Assembly: GCF_018645325.1 (NCBI RefSeq)
Contig: NZ_JABGOU010000019.1
Source: Desulfobacula sp.
Lineage (GTDB): Bacteria; Desulfobacterota; Desulfobacteria; Desulfobacterales; Desulfobacteraceae
DNA: 64,000 nt
Direction: 5' to 3' (one strand)
Each line of letters begins with the position of its first letter. The first letter of the stretch is position 1. A model generated the notes under the pieces. It ran no database searches. It saw only the letters and a program-made list of their open reading frames with translations, and had not been told where the DNA came from. The position numbers and the translations under genes are program-made. Of this stretch, positions 18,553 through 29,335 are shown one piece after another.

Positions 18553-19431
18553 TCACTTTAATTTTTTTAATTTTTCCCGGGCATATTTTGCTTCGTTTGT
18601 GTCGGGATGTTTTTTTATTAATTCTTTTAAAATCAGCCTGGCATTTGCCTTTTCCCCCAGCTCAGCAAAAGCATATCCCTGTTTCAGTCTTGCTGCAGCA
18701 AGTTTGTTGCTGTCTGGATATTCTTCCATTACTTTCTGGTACTCCAGAATGGCTTTTTCAAACCATTTTTCTACATAATAACTGTCGGCAATCCAAAATC
18801 TTGCATTATCTGCATTATCAGAATCAGGATGTTTATTGATAAAATTTTCAAACTGAATGCGTGCATTTTCATGATCCCCACTATCAAAAATATTTTTAGC
18901 AGCATTATATGATTGCTGGGCAGAACTTTTTTCAGATCCTGTTGACGGCTGGGTTTTTTCGTTCAACTCTCCTGCAACTGAAGGCTCAAATCCCATATAT
19001 TTTTCCAGTTTGATCACTCGTTCATAATTTTTAGAAATAGCCTGATCAAGCCGTTCCATTTTCTCCTCAATGGTTCCACCAGTACTTTCCCTTTGTCCTG
19101 TAAAACTATGCTTCATTTCTTCAATCTGCCCGTCAAGACGTTGAAGTCCTTCTTTAAGTGATTTAATTGTGTAGTTTAGTTCTGCATAGTCTTCCTGGGT
19201 GATCGTATTTCGATCACTTAACCTTTTTTCCAGGGCATCTATCTTTAACTGATTCTGCCGACTTAAAATGGCAGAGGCGTTTAATTTTTCCTTTTGCATG
19301 GAAAGCTGCTGTTCATTTTCCTTTTCCAGGACTGCCACCTTGGTTTCAAGGGCAACAAACTGCTGGGGTTCCACACATCCTAAAAGAAGAACAATAACAA
19401 TAATACTAAAAAAAATATGCATTCTTTTCAT
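18553..19431 (-). CDS. cpoB: Tol-Pal system protein YbgF/CpoB (lipoprotein, TPR)
   Basis: Lipobox-like LLGC, coiled coil, TPR repeats ADNARFWIADSYY; follows pal. Start moved to ATG 19431 (ORF extension runs through a REP). Confidence 0.88.
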   Translation of the reverse strand: MKRMHIFFSIIVIVLLLGCVEPQQFVALETKVAVLEKENEQQLSMQKEKLNASAILSRQNQLKIDALEKRLSDRNTITQEDYAELNYTIKSLKEGLQRLDGQIEEMKHSFTGQRESTGGTIEEKMERLDQAISKNYERVIKLEKYMGFEPSVAGELNEKTQPSTGSEKSSAQQSYNAAKNIFDSGDHENARIQFENFINKHPDSDNADNARFWIADSYYVEKWFEKAILEYQKVMEEYPDSNKLAAARLKQGYAFAELGEKANARLILKELIKKHPDTNEAKYAREKLKKLK

Positions 19432-19456
19432 AAGCAAGCTCCAAAGTGATTGTACT

Positions 19457-19482
19457 GTGGGGTCACGCAAGCCTGACCCCAC
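19457..19482. repeat. Collapsed family C REP hairpin
   Basis: gtggggtca-cgcaagcc-tgaccccac. Confidence 0.8.
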
Positions 19483-19541
19483 TGTGTGCACTACGCATGT
19501 AACCCCTTTTATTCACTGAATTAATTTGTTTTTACACCAAA

Positions 19542-20138
19542 TTAATTAATTGCAAAATGGGCACGCCTGTTTTTTCTAAAAGCACTTTCAGTTTTCCCGG
19601 AATCTATGGGCATTTCTTCCCCATAACTGATGGTTTTCAAGCGGTAAGCTGCAACACCCAGATTACCCATATAACTTTTAACAGTGTTTGCACGGCGGTC
19701 ACCAAGAGCAAGATTATATTCCGTTGTACCACGCTCGTCACAATGTCCTTCTATGGATACAATTACCGAAGGATTTGCCTTTAACCATACAGCCTTTTCC
19801 TTCAGTCCTGTCTTTGCCATGGCAGTTAATTGTGAACTGTCATATTCAAAATGAATGTCCTGGTTTACAAAACGTTTTTTTGCAGCCAGAACCTGAGCTT
19901 CCTTCTGCGCTTTATCATTGGCCATCTGATCTACAAGCTTCTGCTGGGCAATACGCTCAGCCTCTTTTTTTGCATCAGCCTCAAGTTTGGCTTTTGCATC
20001 AGCTTCAAGTTTGGCTTTTTCCTGATCTTCTATGGTTGTTGCATCAGTCACAACGGTTTTTTTTGCACATGAGGCAGTTAAAAAAAGCCCTGCCACAAGA
20101 ATTGCCATTAAAAGATTAATCCACACTCTGTTTTTCAT
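19542..20138 (-). CDS. pal: Peptidoglycan-associated lipoprotein
   Basis: Lipobox LTASC, IHFEYDSS, IEGHCDERGTTEYNLALGDRRA, NRRAHF. Confidence 0.97.
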   Translation of the reverse strand: MKNRVWINLLMAILVAGLFLTASCAKKTVVTDATTIEDQEKAKLEADAKAKLEADAKKEAERIAQQKLVDQMANDKAQKEAQVLAAKKRFVNQDIHFEYDSSQLTAMAKTGLKEKAVWLKANPSVIVSIEGHCDERGTTEYNLALGDRRANTVKSYMGNLGVAAYRLKTISYGEEMPIDSGKTESAFRKNRRAHFAIN

Positions 20139-20172
20139 TCCCTTATCTCCTCTTTTAATTAAATATCTAAAA

Positions 20173-21549
20173 TCAATTTTCCGTACCTTTTGATAAAGAC
20201 CAGTCCGGCTGGGTCTGTCTGCCTTTCAAGCTCAGAAGTCTTCTCGGGTCTGAACCTGATGCATTCATGACAAAAATTCTTGAGACACCTCCTTCCCTTG
20301 TAGTTGTAAACGCCAGCATACTTCCATCCGGCGACCAGGAAGGATCTTCATTGTCTCCTTGATTCATGGTCAATTGAACCGGTGTACCCGTATCAAGGGG
20401 CATCACAAAAATATCAATATTGTTATCTTCTATTCCAACATAGGCGATCTTCTTGCCGTCCGGTGACCAGGCTGGAGATGTATTATTCTTCCCATTAAAG
20501 GTAAGCCTTATCGGACGATCTGATTCAAAATCTTTTATATATATCTGAGGAGTTCCCGACCTTTTTGAGCTGAACACTATTTTTTTACCATCCGGTGAAA
20601 AATCAGGTGACACATCAATTCCCCAGCTTTTTGTTATTCTTTTAATAATTTCTCCCTTTAGGGTCAATAAATAAATTTCCTGGTCCCCTGAAAAACTTAA
20701 TGCTGCCGCAAGTTTTTTCTGACCGGGCATCCAGTCCGGAGAAATATTCATTCCCTTGTAATTTATAATCGACCCACGCTTTTCTTCAAGGTTTTTAATA
20801 AAAAGATCTGGTTTACCATTTGCATAGGATACATAGGCAAGCCATTTACCGTCGGAAGACCAGGATGGAGAAAGGGATATGCTTTTATGACTGGTTATCT
20901 GTTTGATGTTATGTCCATCAAAATCACAGGAAAATATTTCTTTTTTTCCATTTATCGTTGAAACAAAAGCTATCTTACTATTAAATATTCCCCATTTTCC
21001 CGTGAGCTGATAGGATATTTCACTGCAAAAAAGGTGAATCATTTTTCTAACCTGGGATTGGGGGCCTGTATATATCTTGCCAATAAGAAGTTTTGTATTA
21101 AAGGTATCAAAAAGTCTTAATTTAAGAGTTATTTTTCCATCGACTTCACTAATCCCCCCGGTAATTAAGAGGTCAGCCCCAATACCTGTCCAGTCCCGAA
21201 AATTGATTTGACCCAGCTGGATTCCGGATTCAGCCGGGTTTGATAAAAAAGCAACGGGATTCATTGTTTTAAGATATCCGGTAAAATCAAGGGCTTCTTT
21301 TAAAATGCCAATTGCTGTTTTCCCTATGTTTAACTCTTCAGCGTGGCCGTTGAAAGTCTTAAAATCAGTCACAGCCACTGGAGTTTTCTTTAAAAAGGGG
21401 TTTGTGACATTGATATAGTCATAATCCCTGGCATATAAGGGGACTAAGAAAAACAGGTGCAGGCCCAGACAATAAAAGAGTGTATACAAAATAATTTTAT
21501 TAACCATATGCCAGCTACAATAGCGTTTATTCATTGTAAAAGAAACCAT
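20173..21549 (-). CDS. tolB: Tol-Pal system beta-propeller protein TolB
   Basis: Repeated PSWSSDG/PDFSPDG/PAWSPDG PD40 repeats; operon position. Confidence 0.95.
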   Translation of the reverse strand: MVSFTMNKRYCSWHMVNKIILYTLFYCLGLHLFFLVPLYARDYDYINVTNPFLKKTPVAVTDFKTFNGHAEELNIGKTAIGILKEALDFTGYLKTMNPVAFLSNPAESGIQLGQINFRDWTGIGADLLITGGISEVDGKITLKLRLFDTFNTKLLIGKIYTGPQSQVRKMIHLFCSEISYQLTGKWGIFNSKIAFVSTINGKKEIFSCDFDGHNIKQITSHKSISLSPSWSSDGKWLAYVSYANGKPDLFIKNLEEKRGSIINYKGMNISPDWMPGQKKLAAALSFSGDQEIYLLTLKGEIIKRITKSWGIDVSPDFSPDGKKIVFSSKRSGTPQIYIKDFESDRPIRLTFNGKNNTSPAWSPDGKKIAYVGIEDNNIDIFVMPLDTGTPVQLTMNQGDNEDPSWSPDGSMLAFTTTREGGVSRIFVMNASGSDPRRLLSLKGRQTQPDWSLSKGTEN

Positions 21550-21551
21550 TT

Positions 21552-22448
21552 TTATTTCAGCCCTTTAGGTGTAAAAATCACAACCACATCATAGGAATAC
21601 ATTCCAGGGGGTAATGGTGGCAAAGGATTTGTCTTTTTAATTGCTTTTTTTGCAGATTCATCAAGGTATCGATTTCCAGACCTGGTTTCATAAATAATAT
21701 CTCTTACTTCCCCGCTTTTTAATATCTTGATCAGGATTCTGACTTCAAGTTTCTGATCCAGCTTGGCAAGTACTTCATTGAATACCCAGTTTTGTTCTAT
21801 TTTTTGGCCCAACACCATTTTATACAGGTCAATGGGTTTATAGCCCTTTTTACCTGCAGTTTCATGACTTCCCTTTCCCTGTTTTGTTGTACTCTGGCCC
21901 TTTACCTTTTTTTGAAGACGGCTTAAGGCCTGGGCAATTGTATTTTTGTCCTGATTTTCAATTTTCTTTTCCAGAGCCTTATCAGTATCAATGTTTTTTT
22001 TGGGTTTTAGAACCGGTTTTTTCTCTTTTTTCTTATCAGGCAGTTTCTTTTTTTTCTCCTGCTGAGCCATCAAATCTTTTAAATTTTTAGGTTTTGTTTT
22101 TAAACTGATATCTGGTTTAATACTGGGAATTTCCCGGACCTTGGGAGTGGGCGGGAGTGGGGTTACAGGTATTGCGTCTTCTTTAGGAATCTCTTCTAAA
22201 ATTTCTTCTTTCACTGGTGCTTCTTGAATCACAGGCTCTTCTGAAAAAGAAACCAGATCCACCTGGATGACAGGCGGCAGGGGTTTGGGCAGTCTAAATC
22301 CCTGGAAAAAAATTATTCCATAAAAAGACAGGGCATGCAAAATCAGAGAAATACAAAAAAAAATAAACCCAATTTTCCTGTTTCCATCAAAAGATGCGGA
22401 AAGAAATTGCCTTCCGGTTATAAAATTTTCTGGAGAACTCATACGCAT
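21552..22448 (-). CDS. tolA: TolA / TonB-family energy transducer
   Basis: N-terminal TM with SLILH, Pro/Lys-rich linker, TonB_C-like end SGNRYLDESAKKAI; between tolR and tolB. Confidence 0.85.
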   Translation of the reverse strand: MRMSSPENFITGRQFLSASFDGNRKIGFIFFCISLILHALSFYGIIFFQGFRLPKPLPPVIQVDLVSFSEEPVIQEAPVKEEILEEIPKEDAIPVTPLPPTPKVREIPSIKPDISLKTKPKNLKDLMAQQEKKKKLPDKKKEKKPVLKPKKNIDTDKALEKKIENQDKNTIAQALSRLQKKVKGQSTTKQGKGSHETAGKKGYKPIDLYKMVLGQKIEQNWVFNEVLAKLDQKLEVRILIKILKSGEVRDIIYETRSGNRYLDESAKKAIKKTNPLPPLPPGMYSYDVVVIFTPKGLK

Positions 22449-22451
22449 TAA

Positions 22452-22868
22452 TCAGGATTCATCTTTATTTTCAGGAAGTGTAATCATCCCCAGGCTGTCT
22501 ACTCCTGCCTTTTTTATCTTTGAAATTACATTGACAACAATGCCATATGGTACCTTTTTATCTGCCCTGAGATAAACATTCTTTTTATCAAAATTTTCCA
22601 GTATGGCCCCCAGTTTCTGAGTTAAAAATTCCACACTGACAACCTGCTCGTTAATAAATACTTTATGGGCATCATCAATGGAGATAATCAAACGATCCTC
22701 GCTGCCTTTCAAGGCTTTTGAGGTGGCCTTGGGCAAGTCCACATCAACCCCCTGAACCATCATGGGAGCGGTCACCATAAAAATAATCAAAAGAACCAGC
22801 ATCACATCCACAAAAGGGGTAACATTAATCTCGGACATGAGCTGATCATTACCAGAACCTAATTGCAT
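22452..22868 (-). CDS. tolR: TolR / ExbD
   Basis: SEINVTPFVDVMLVLLIIFMVTAP, LRADKKVPYG. Confidence 0.95.
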   Translation of the reverse strand: MQLGSGNDQLMSEINVTPFVDVMLVLLIIFMVTAPMMVQGVDVDLPKATSKALKGSEDRLIISIDDAHKVFINEQVVSVEFLTQKLGAILENFDKKNVYLRADKKVPYGIVVNVISKIKKAGVDSLGMITLPENKDES

Positions 22869-23578
22869 TATCCCTCCATCTGCTTTTGAACATCACGTTC
22901 AATTATATTTAACAAATCTGCAGAATAGCTCTGCCATTCAGAATCCAGGGCCCTTATCTTATCAGTAAAATAATTGTAGGCAATAACTGAAGGGATTGCC
23001 ACTGCAAGTCCTGCTGCAGTTGCAATGAGTGCTTCTGAAATACCGGGAGCGACAACAGCCAGACTTGCAGACCCGCTTAATCCTATTTCGTGGAAGGTTC
23101 CCATGATACCCCATACCGTTCCAAAAAGACCGATAAAAGGGGCAGTATTACCTGCTGTAGCTAAAAAGGGAACCAATTGAACCAGCCTTCTGATTTCAAC
23201 ACCGATGGATCTGTTTAATGATCGTTTTATACTGCCTATAATTTGAAAATAGGAATTTTCTGTTCTTTTTCTCTGTATGTTTTTCTTGTCTTTATTTTCA
23301 GACCTTGCCATTTCCATATATGCGGCAATAAAAATTCTTGCCGCAGGACTTGATCTCAGTCCCTTTGCCTTTGAAAATGCATCGGAAAGATTTTGGCTCT
23401 GCCAGAACATATCCGTGAAATCGTTAGATTCCTTAAATGCTTTTCGGATATACCTGAACTTAATAAATATAATGGCCCATGATGTTATTGAAAAAAATAA
23501 CAAAAGCAGCATGACGGATTTAACAACCGGCCCGGCATCACTCAACATGTAAAACAATCCAATGGTTTCCGTGGTCAT
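22868..23578 (-). CDS. tolQ: TolQ / MotA-ExbB proton channel
   Basis: FLATAGNTAPFIGLFGTVWGIM, VVAPGISEALIATAAGLAVAIP. Confidence 0.96.
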   Translation of the reverse strand: MTTETIGLFYMLSDAGPVVKSVMLLLLFFSITSWAIIFIKFRYIRKAFKESNDFTDMFWQSQNLSDAFSKAKGLRSSPAARIFIAAYMEMARSENKDKKNIQRKRTENSYFQIIGSIKRSLNRSIGVEIRRLVQLVPFLATAGNTAPFIGLFGTVWGIMGTFHEIGLSGSASLAVVAPGISEALIATAAGLAVAIPSVIAYNYFTDKIRALDSEWQSYSADLLNIIERDVQKQMEG

Positions 23579-23683
23579 ATACCCTCTCTTACAAATTTAG
23601 AATCGGAAATGAAAATAATAAATAAAATTTAATAAAACTAAGTATATGAGCCAGCATTTCATGTCAAGTTCTTATTAAATAAC

Positions 23684-23722
23684 AAAGCCCCTGCACATAA
23701 TTATATGCGCAGGGGCTTTTTT
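23684..23722. terminator. Terminator hairpin downstream of groEL
   Basis: aaagcccctgc / gcaggggcttt stem with A/T flanks. Confidence 0.75.
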
Positions 23723-23738
23723 CAACTTAATAACAGGA

Positions 23739-23793
23739 GGGTTCGGGTTTGCGGTGCTGCGTTTATTGCTCAATCATACGCAAACCTGAACCC
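23739..23793. repeat. Diverged family C REP hairpin
   Basis: gggttcgggtttgcg ... cgcaaacctgaaccc; loop shares tgcg(c/t)ttattg with 10916-10947. Confidence 0.7.
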
Positions 23794-23800
23794 ACTCAAA

Positions 23801-25498
<1,698 letters not shown>

Positions 25499-25503
25499 TT
25501 AAC

Positions 25504-25791
25504 TTATTCAATTACCCCAAGAACATCATCCTGACGCAGGATAAGATAATCACTGCCATCAATTTTCACGTCTGTTCCGCCATATTTGCTGAAAAGAATA
25601 CGGTCTCCAACTTTTACATCCATTGGAATCAGTTTTCCATCTTCACCCATGCGGCCATTACCCATGGAAACAATCTTTCCCTCTGCCGGTTTTTCTTTTG
25701 CTGTATCAGGGATGATAATACCGCCTTTGGTTTTTGCATCCTCTTCAACACGCTCAACTAGAATTCTGTCACTAAGTGGTCTTAAACTCAT
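25504..25791 (-). CDS. groS: Co-chaperonin GroES
   Basis: [38 protein letters not shown]. Confidence 0.99.
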   Translation of the reverse strand: MSLRPLSDRILVERVEEDAKTKGGIIIPDTAKEKPAEGKIVSMGNGRMGEDGKLIPMDVKVGDRILFSKYGGTDVKIDGSDYLILRQDDVLGVIE

Positions 25792-25802
25792 GTTAATTTC
25801 TC

Positions 25803-25842
25803 CTTTACAAATTGTTTGTTGTCTTTACACATTGTTTGTTGT
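25803..25842. repeat. 20-bp tandem direct repeat abutting the groES RBS
   Basis: ctttacaaattgtttgttgt / ctttacacattgtttgttgt, one mismatch. Confidence 0.9.
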
Positions 25843-25871
25843 GTTAATGTAATCGATGTATTTTTTCAACT

Positions 25872-26204
25872 TCACTTTTTTGGTTCTGATATTTTTTTTG
25901 AAGTTGTTTTAGATTCTTTTACTTCTTTTTTTTGAGTATCAGATTTTGTGTCGGCTTTAGTTCCTGGTTTTGTGTCTGCTTCTGTATCAGATTTTGTTTC
26001 CGGTTTTGTTTCCAAAGGATTTTTCGCTCCACCATAATCCGTCACATACCATCCGGAACCTTTCAGATGAAACGTGCTTTGAGATATAAGTTTTTTTAAA
26101 TGTCCCTTACAATGTGAGCAGGTTTCAAGAGGTGAATCAGAAATTTTTTGAAGTGCTTCTTCGATTTGTCCACACTCTTTACATTGATATTCATAAACTG
26201 GCAT
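25872..26204 (-). CDS. FmdB family zinc-ribbon protein
   Basis: MPVYEYQCKECG...CSHC...FHLKGSGWYVTDY plus low-complexity K/T/D tail. Confidence 0.92.
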   Translation of the reverse strand: MPVYEYQCKECGQIEEALQKISDSPLETCSHCKGHLKKLISQSTFHLKGSGWYVTDYGGAKNPLETKPETKSDTEADTKPGTKADTKSDTQKKEVKESKTTSKKISEPKK

Positions 26205-26302
26205 TTCACGTCTCTCCGTTCTTCATTTAGTCTTCTTGAAAAATCAAAGATAAAATAGTAAGTCTTTCACCCTTGTCAAGCAGGTTTTTCCAATTTTTTT
26301 AA

Positions 26303-26842
26303 CTATGTTTTAGATTCTGGATTCTTAAGCCAATCTTTATAAAATTCACATACTTTGCTTAAGCCCGGAACAGACACCGACTTTAAAATAGTATGGGTTA
26401 AAACATGCACTTTTCTTTCTTCATCCAATGTTACATCAACTTCATTCTTGTTTTCATATCTTTGTTTAAATTTTGAGAACCTGACAATATGAATCAGTTC
26501 ATGGGTCAGTATATATAAAAGGAAAGGCTCCAAGAAAAGGTCATCATTTTTTAAAACCATTGCAAGAATGGCATTGTCCTGAAGGCAAACCTTGTAAAGA
26601 CTGAATGAAGAAGACCCGAGAGAAACGTCTTTTTTACGGCCTTCATATTTGATGACCTGGGCAAAAGGGCCGTCAATACATTCATGGAGTGCAAGATCTT
26701 TGGCAGTTTTTATATCATACCTGTTTTTAAGCCACTGCCCGGAAGACATTTTAAAATAATTATTGACCAGTTCTTCCGAAGCTTTTACAGCTCCATCAAC
26801 CTTTGAAAGTTCTTCTGTATTAAAGCGTTTTAATCCTTGCAT
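26303..26842 (-). CDS. Hypothetical protein with HExxH motif
   Basis: 179-aa ORF containing LTHELIH. Confidence 0.7.
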   Translation of the reverse strand: MQGLKRFNTEELSKVDGAVKASEELVNNYFKMSSGQWLKNRYDIKTAKDLALHECIDGPFAQVIKYEGRKKDVSLGSSSFSLYKVCLQDNAILAMVLKNDDLFLEPFLLYILTHELIHIVRFSKFKQRYENKNEVDVTLDEERKVHVLTHTILKSVSVPGLSKVCEFYKDWLKNPESKT

Positions 26843-26953
26843 CAGGGTCTTTTGATCTACAATAAAAAAGTGGACATTTAAACAAATATTATGCTATAGT
26901 TCTTAGTTAGCTAATTTAAAATAATATAATCAGACCTAAAGGAGGTGATTTTT

Positions 26954-27049
26954 TTGAGTAGTGTAATGAAAAAAAGAAAAAAGAAGATGAGGAAGCATAA
27001 ACACAGAAAACTCCTTGCTAAGACCAGACATCAGAGAAATAAAAAATAG
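26954..27049 (+). CDS. Small basic bS22 / AURKAIP1-COX24-like peptide (not in ORF track)
   Basis: GGAGG RBS, TTG start, MSSVMKKRKKKMRKHKHRKLLAKTRHQRNKK*; matches the S.xKKRRKKM.KHK.RKL.xxTR pattern. Confidence 0.88.
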   Translation: MSSVMKKRKKKMRKHKHRKLLAKTRHQRNKK

Positions 27050-27060
27050 CGGTTAAAATA

Positions 27061-27105
27061 TTTTGGAGTATTGAGTTAAAGGCTATTCAACTCAATACTC
27101 CAAAA
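27061..27105. terminator. Bidirectional terminator hairpin between the bS22-like gene and hflC
   Basis: 17-bp perfect stem ttttggagtattgagtt / aactcaatactccaaaa. Confidence 0.75.
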
Positions 27106-27114
27106 GGTGTCTTA

Positions 27115-28053
27115 CTATTCAATTCCTTTAAAATATTTCATAAAATCAGAATCTGTTGAAAGAACCAGTGAGGTATCTTTTTTCAAAGTTTCCTTATAGA
27201 CTTCCATTGTCTTTACAAATGCATAAAATTCAGGATCCTTACTATAGGCATCTGCATAAATCTTTGTGGCTGTAGCATCGGCTTCACCCTTAATCGTCTG
27301 AGAGTCTTTATAGGCCTGGGATTTGATGACCTGAAGTTCTTTTTCTTTCTCACCCCTTATATTACTTGCTTCACCCTGACCTTCTGCACGATACTTTTCT
27401 GCAATCTGATTTCTTTCGGCAATCATCCTGTTATAGACAGCGTCCCGAACATTTTCAATATAGTTAATCCGTTTAATTTTCACATCGACAAGTTCAATAC
27501 CAAACTGGGTAAGTTTTTCGCTGGCCTGTTTTAAGATTCGTTTTGTAATCTCATCCCGGCCCAAATCAACTTTATATTGTACCCGTTCTTTGTGTTCATC
27601 CACCATAGATTCCAAAGTATCCATCCGTCGATCCGTGTTCCGTACGCTTTCGACCAATGGATAGGAGGTCACAAGATTCCTCATGGCAGGATCAATAAGA
27701 TCATCCAGACGTTCAATGGCGGCAATTTCATGGGTAACTGTCTGAAAATATTTTATAGGGTCAACAATCTTCCATCTTGCAAAGGCATCCACCCAGATAT
27801 AGGTTTTGTCTTTTGTGGGCACCTGACCTGGTTCACCATCCCAGGTCAACAGATTTTTCGGGAAAAAATTGGCGACTTGTAAAAACGGCAGCTTGAATTT
27901 TAAACCGGGCAAGGTCACAGGTTTACCCACTACTCTACCAAACTGGGTGATCAATACCTGCTCAGTTTCATCAACAACATAGGCAGCGCTATACACCAAT
28001 AGGATACCAGCTGCGATGACAATCAAAAATAAAGTTTTAATAATACTGTTCAT
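27115..28053 (-). CDS. hflC: FtsH modulator HflC
   Basis: N-terminal TM, VVDETEQVLITQFG, PGLKFKLPF, DVKIKRI, MIAER, DPEFYAF. Confidence 0.95.
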   Translation of the reverse strand: MNSIIKTLFLIVIAAGILLVYSAAYVVDETEQVLITQFGRVVGKPVTLPGLKFKLPFLQVANFFPKNLLTWDGEPGQVPTKDKTYIWVDAFARWKIVDPIKYFQTVTHEIAAIERLDDLIDPAMRNLVTSYPLVESVRNTDRRMDTLESMVDEHKERVQYKVDLGRDEITKRILKQASEKLTQFGIELVDVKIKRINYIENVRDAVYNRMIAERNQIAEKYRAEGQGEASNIRGEKEKELQVIKSQAYKDSQTIKGEADATATKIYADAYSKDPEFYAFVKTMEVYKETLKKDTSLVLSTDSDFMKYFKGIE

Positions 28054-28056
28054 TTT

Positions 28057-29151
28057 TTACTCGCTTTTTTTAAGGAAACTATTTTGAGAGATTGCAGTGG
28101 AAGAGCCCACACCCATATTTAAAAAGGGCAATACATTTTTCTGGTCAGAATCAATAATATACTTTGTTCCAAGGTTAGGAAAAATTTCCAGCATTGATTC
28201 CAGATACATCCGCTTTTTTGTAACATCCTTTGCCAGGGCATAAGCCTTATAAACAGCTAAAAATTTGGTGGCATCCCCCTGGGCGCGGTTAATCCGGTCA
28301 ATGGCATACCCTTCTGCATCCTTTATCACTCTTTTGGCTTCACCACGGGCTAAAGGCACTGCTTTATTATATTCTTCCCTTGCCTTATAAATGGTTTGTT
28401 CTTTTTCCTGGATGGCCTGGTTCACTTCATTAAAAGAAGACTGAACCGGTCCTGGAACATTTGTCTTTTTCATTTCAAGGTTAACAATTTTAATACCGGA
28501 CTCTGCGGAATCCATCTCTTTTTGAAGCATATCTTTGGCAGCCAAAGCGATCTCTTCACGCTTGCTGATAACCTCATTAATGCTTCTATCCCCCACAACC
28601 GTTCTCATGGTGGCCTCTGACATATCCCTTAAAATGGCTCTTACGTCTTTGACCTTGAATAGATAATCACTGGGATTGGAAATTTTGTATTGTACTATCC
28701 AGGGAACCACTGCTACGTTCAGGTCACCGGTTAGCATCAGGCTGCTTCCCTGAGAAGAACTCTCACTGGCTGACCTGTAATTACTGGAAGTACTGTCCGA
28801 CTGTAACCCGAACTCTTCCTTATATATTCTTTTCACCTTTACCTTGGTGACTTTTTCAATACCCGAGGGTAATTTAAAGTTCAAGCCGGGCTGTGCAATT
28901 CTCTTGTATTTCCCAAACCGCTGGATAACGCCGACTTCTTCTGTTTTTATTGTAAAAAAAGTGGACGATCCGAAAAATAAAACCAAAAGGACAATCACAA
29001 TAAGAAAAATCCCCGGTAATTTAAAGTTTTTAAATTTGTTCAAAAGTTCATCCATCTGGGGAGGCATCGGCGGCATACTGGGCCCACCACCCTCTCTCTT
29101 GTTCTCAAACTTCTGTTGATTTTGTCTTAGTTTTTCCCAATCCCAATTCAT
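28057..29151 (-). CDS. hflK: FtsH modulator HflK
   Basis: MNWDW, EVGVIQRFGK, PGLNFKLP, LMLTGDLN, ARGEA, RMYLE. Confidence 0.95.
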   Translation of the reverse strand: MNWDWEKLRQNQQKFENKREGGGPSMPPMPPQMDELLNKFKNFKLPGIFLIVIVLLVLFFGSSTFFTIKTEEVGVIQRFGKYKRIAQPGLNFKLPSGIEKVTKVKVKRIYKEEFGLQSDSTSSNYRSASESSSQGSSLMLTGDLNVAVVPWIVQYKISNPSDYLFKVKDVRAILRDMSEATMRTVVGDRSINEVISKREEIALAAKDMLQKEMDSAESGIKIVNLEMKKTNVPGPVQSSFNEVNQAIQEKEQTIYKAREEYNKAVPLARGEAKRVIKDAEGYAIDRINRAQGDATKFLAVYKAYALAKDVTKKRMYLESMLEIFPNLGTKYIIDSDQKNVLPFLNMGVGSSTAISQNSFLKKSE

Positions 29152-29335
29152 AAAATAATCCCTGTAAATTAATATTGTTTAAAGCTGCATTCTCGAAGTA
29201 AGGTATAACCATATTTATATTTATCAACCTAAAAAGGCAATATTTATTTAAATGCAATTGTAATAATGGTATTTAAAAGGCTTCCACTCTAAAACATCAG
29301 GGCAATCACATGGTGTGTTTTTTATGATCAGCTTT

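Noticed and set aside
19432-19491. ORF-track N-terminal extensions of cpoB (also greA, pilD, dacB, BKACE, bactofilin)
   Set aside because: The extensions run through repeats or upstream genes; downstream starts fit the family N-termini better.
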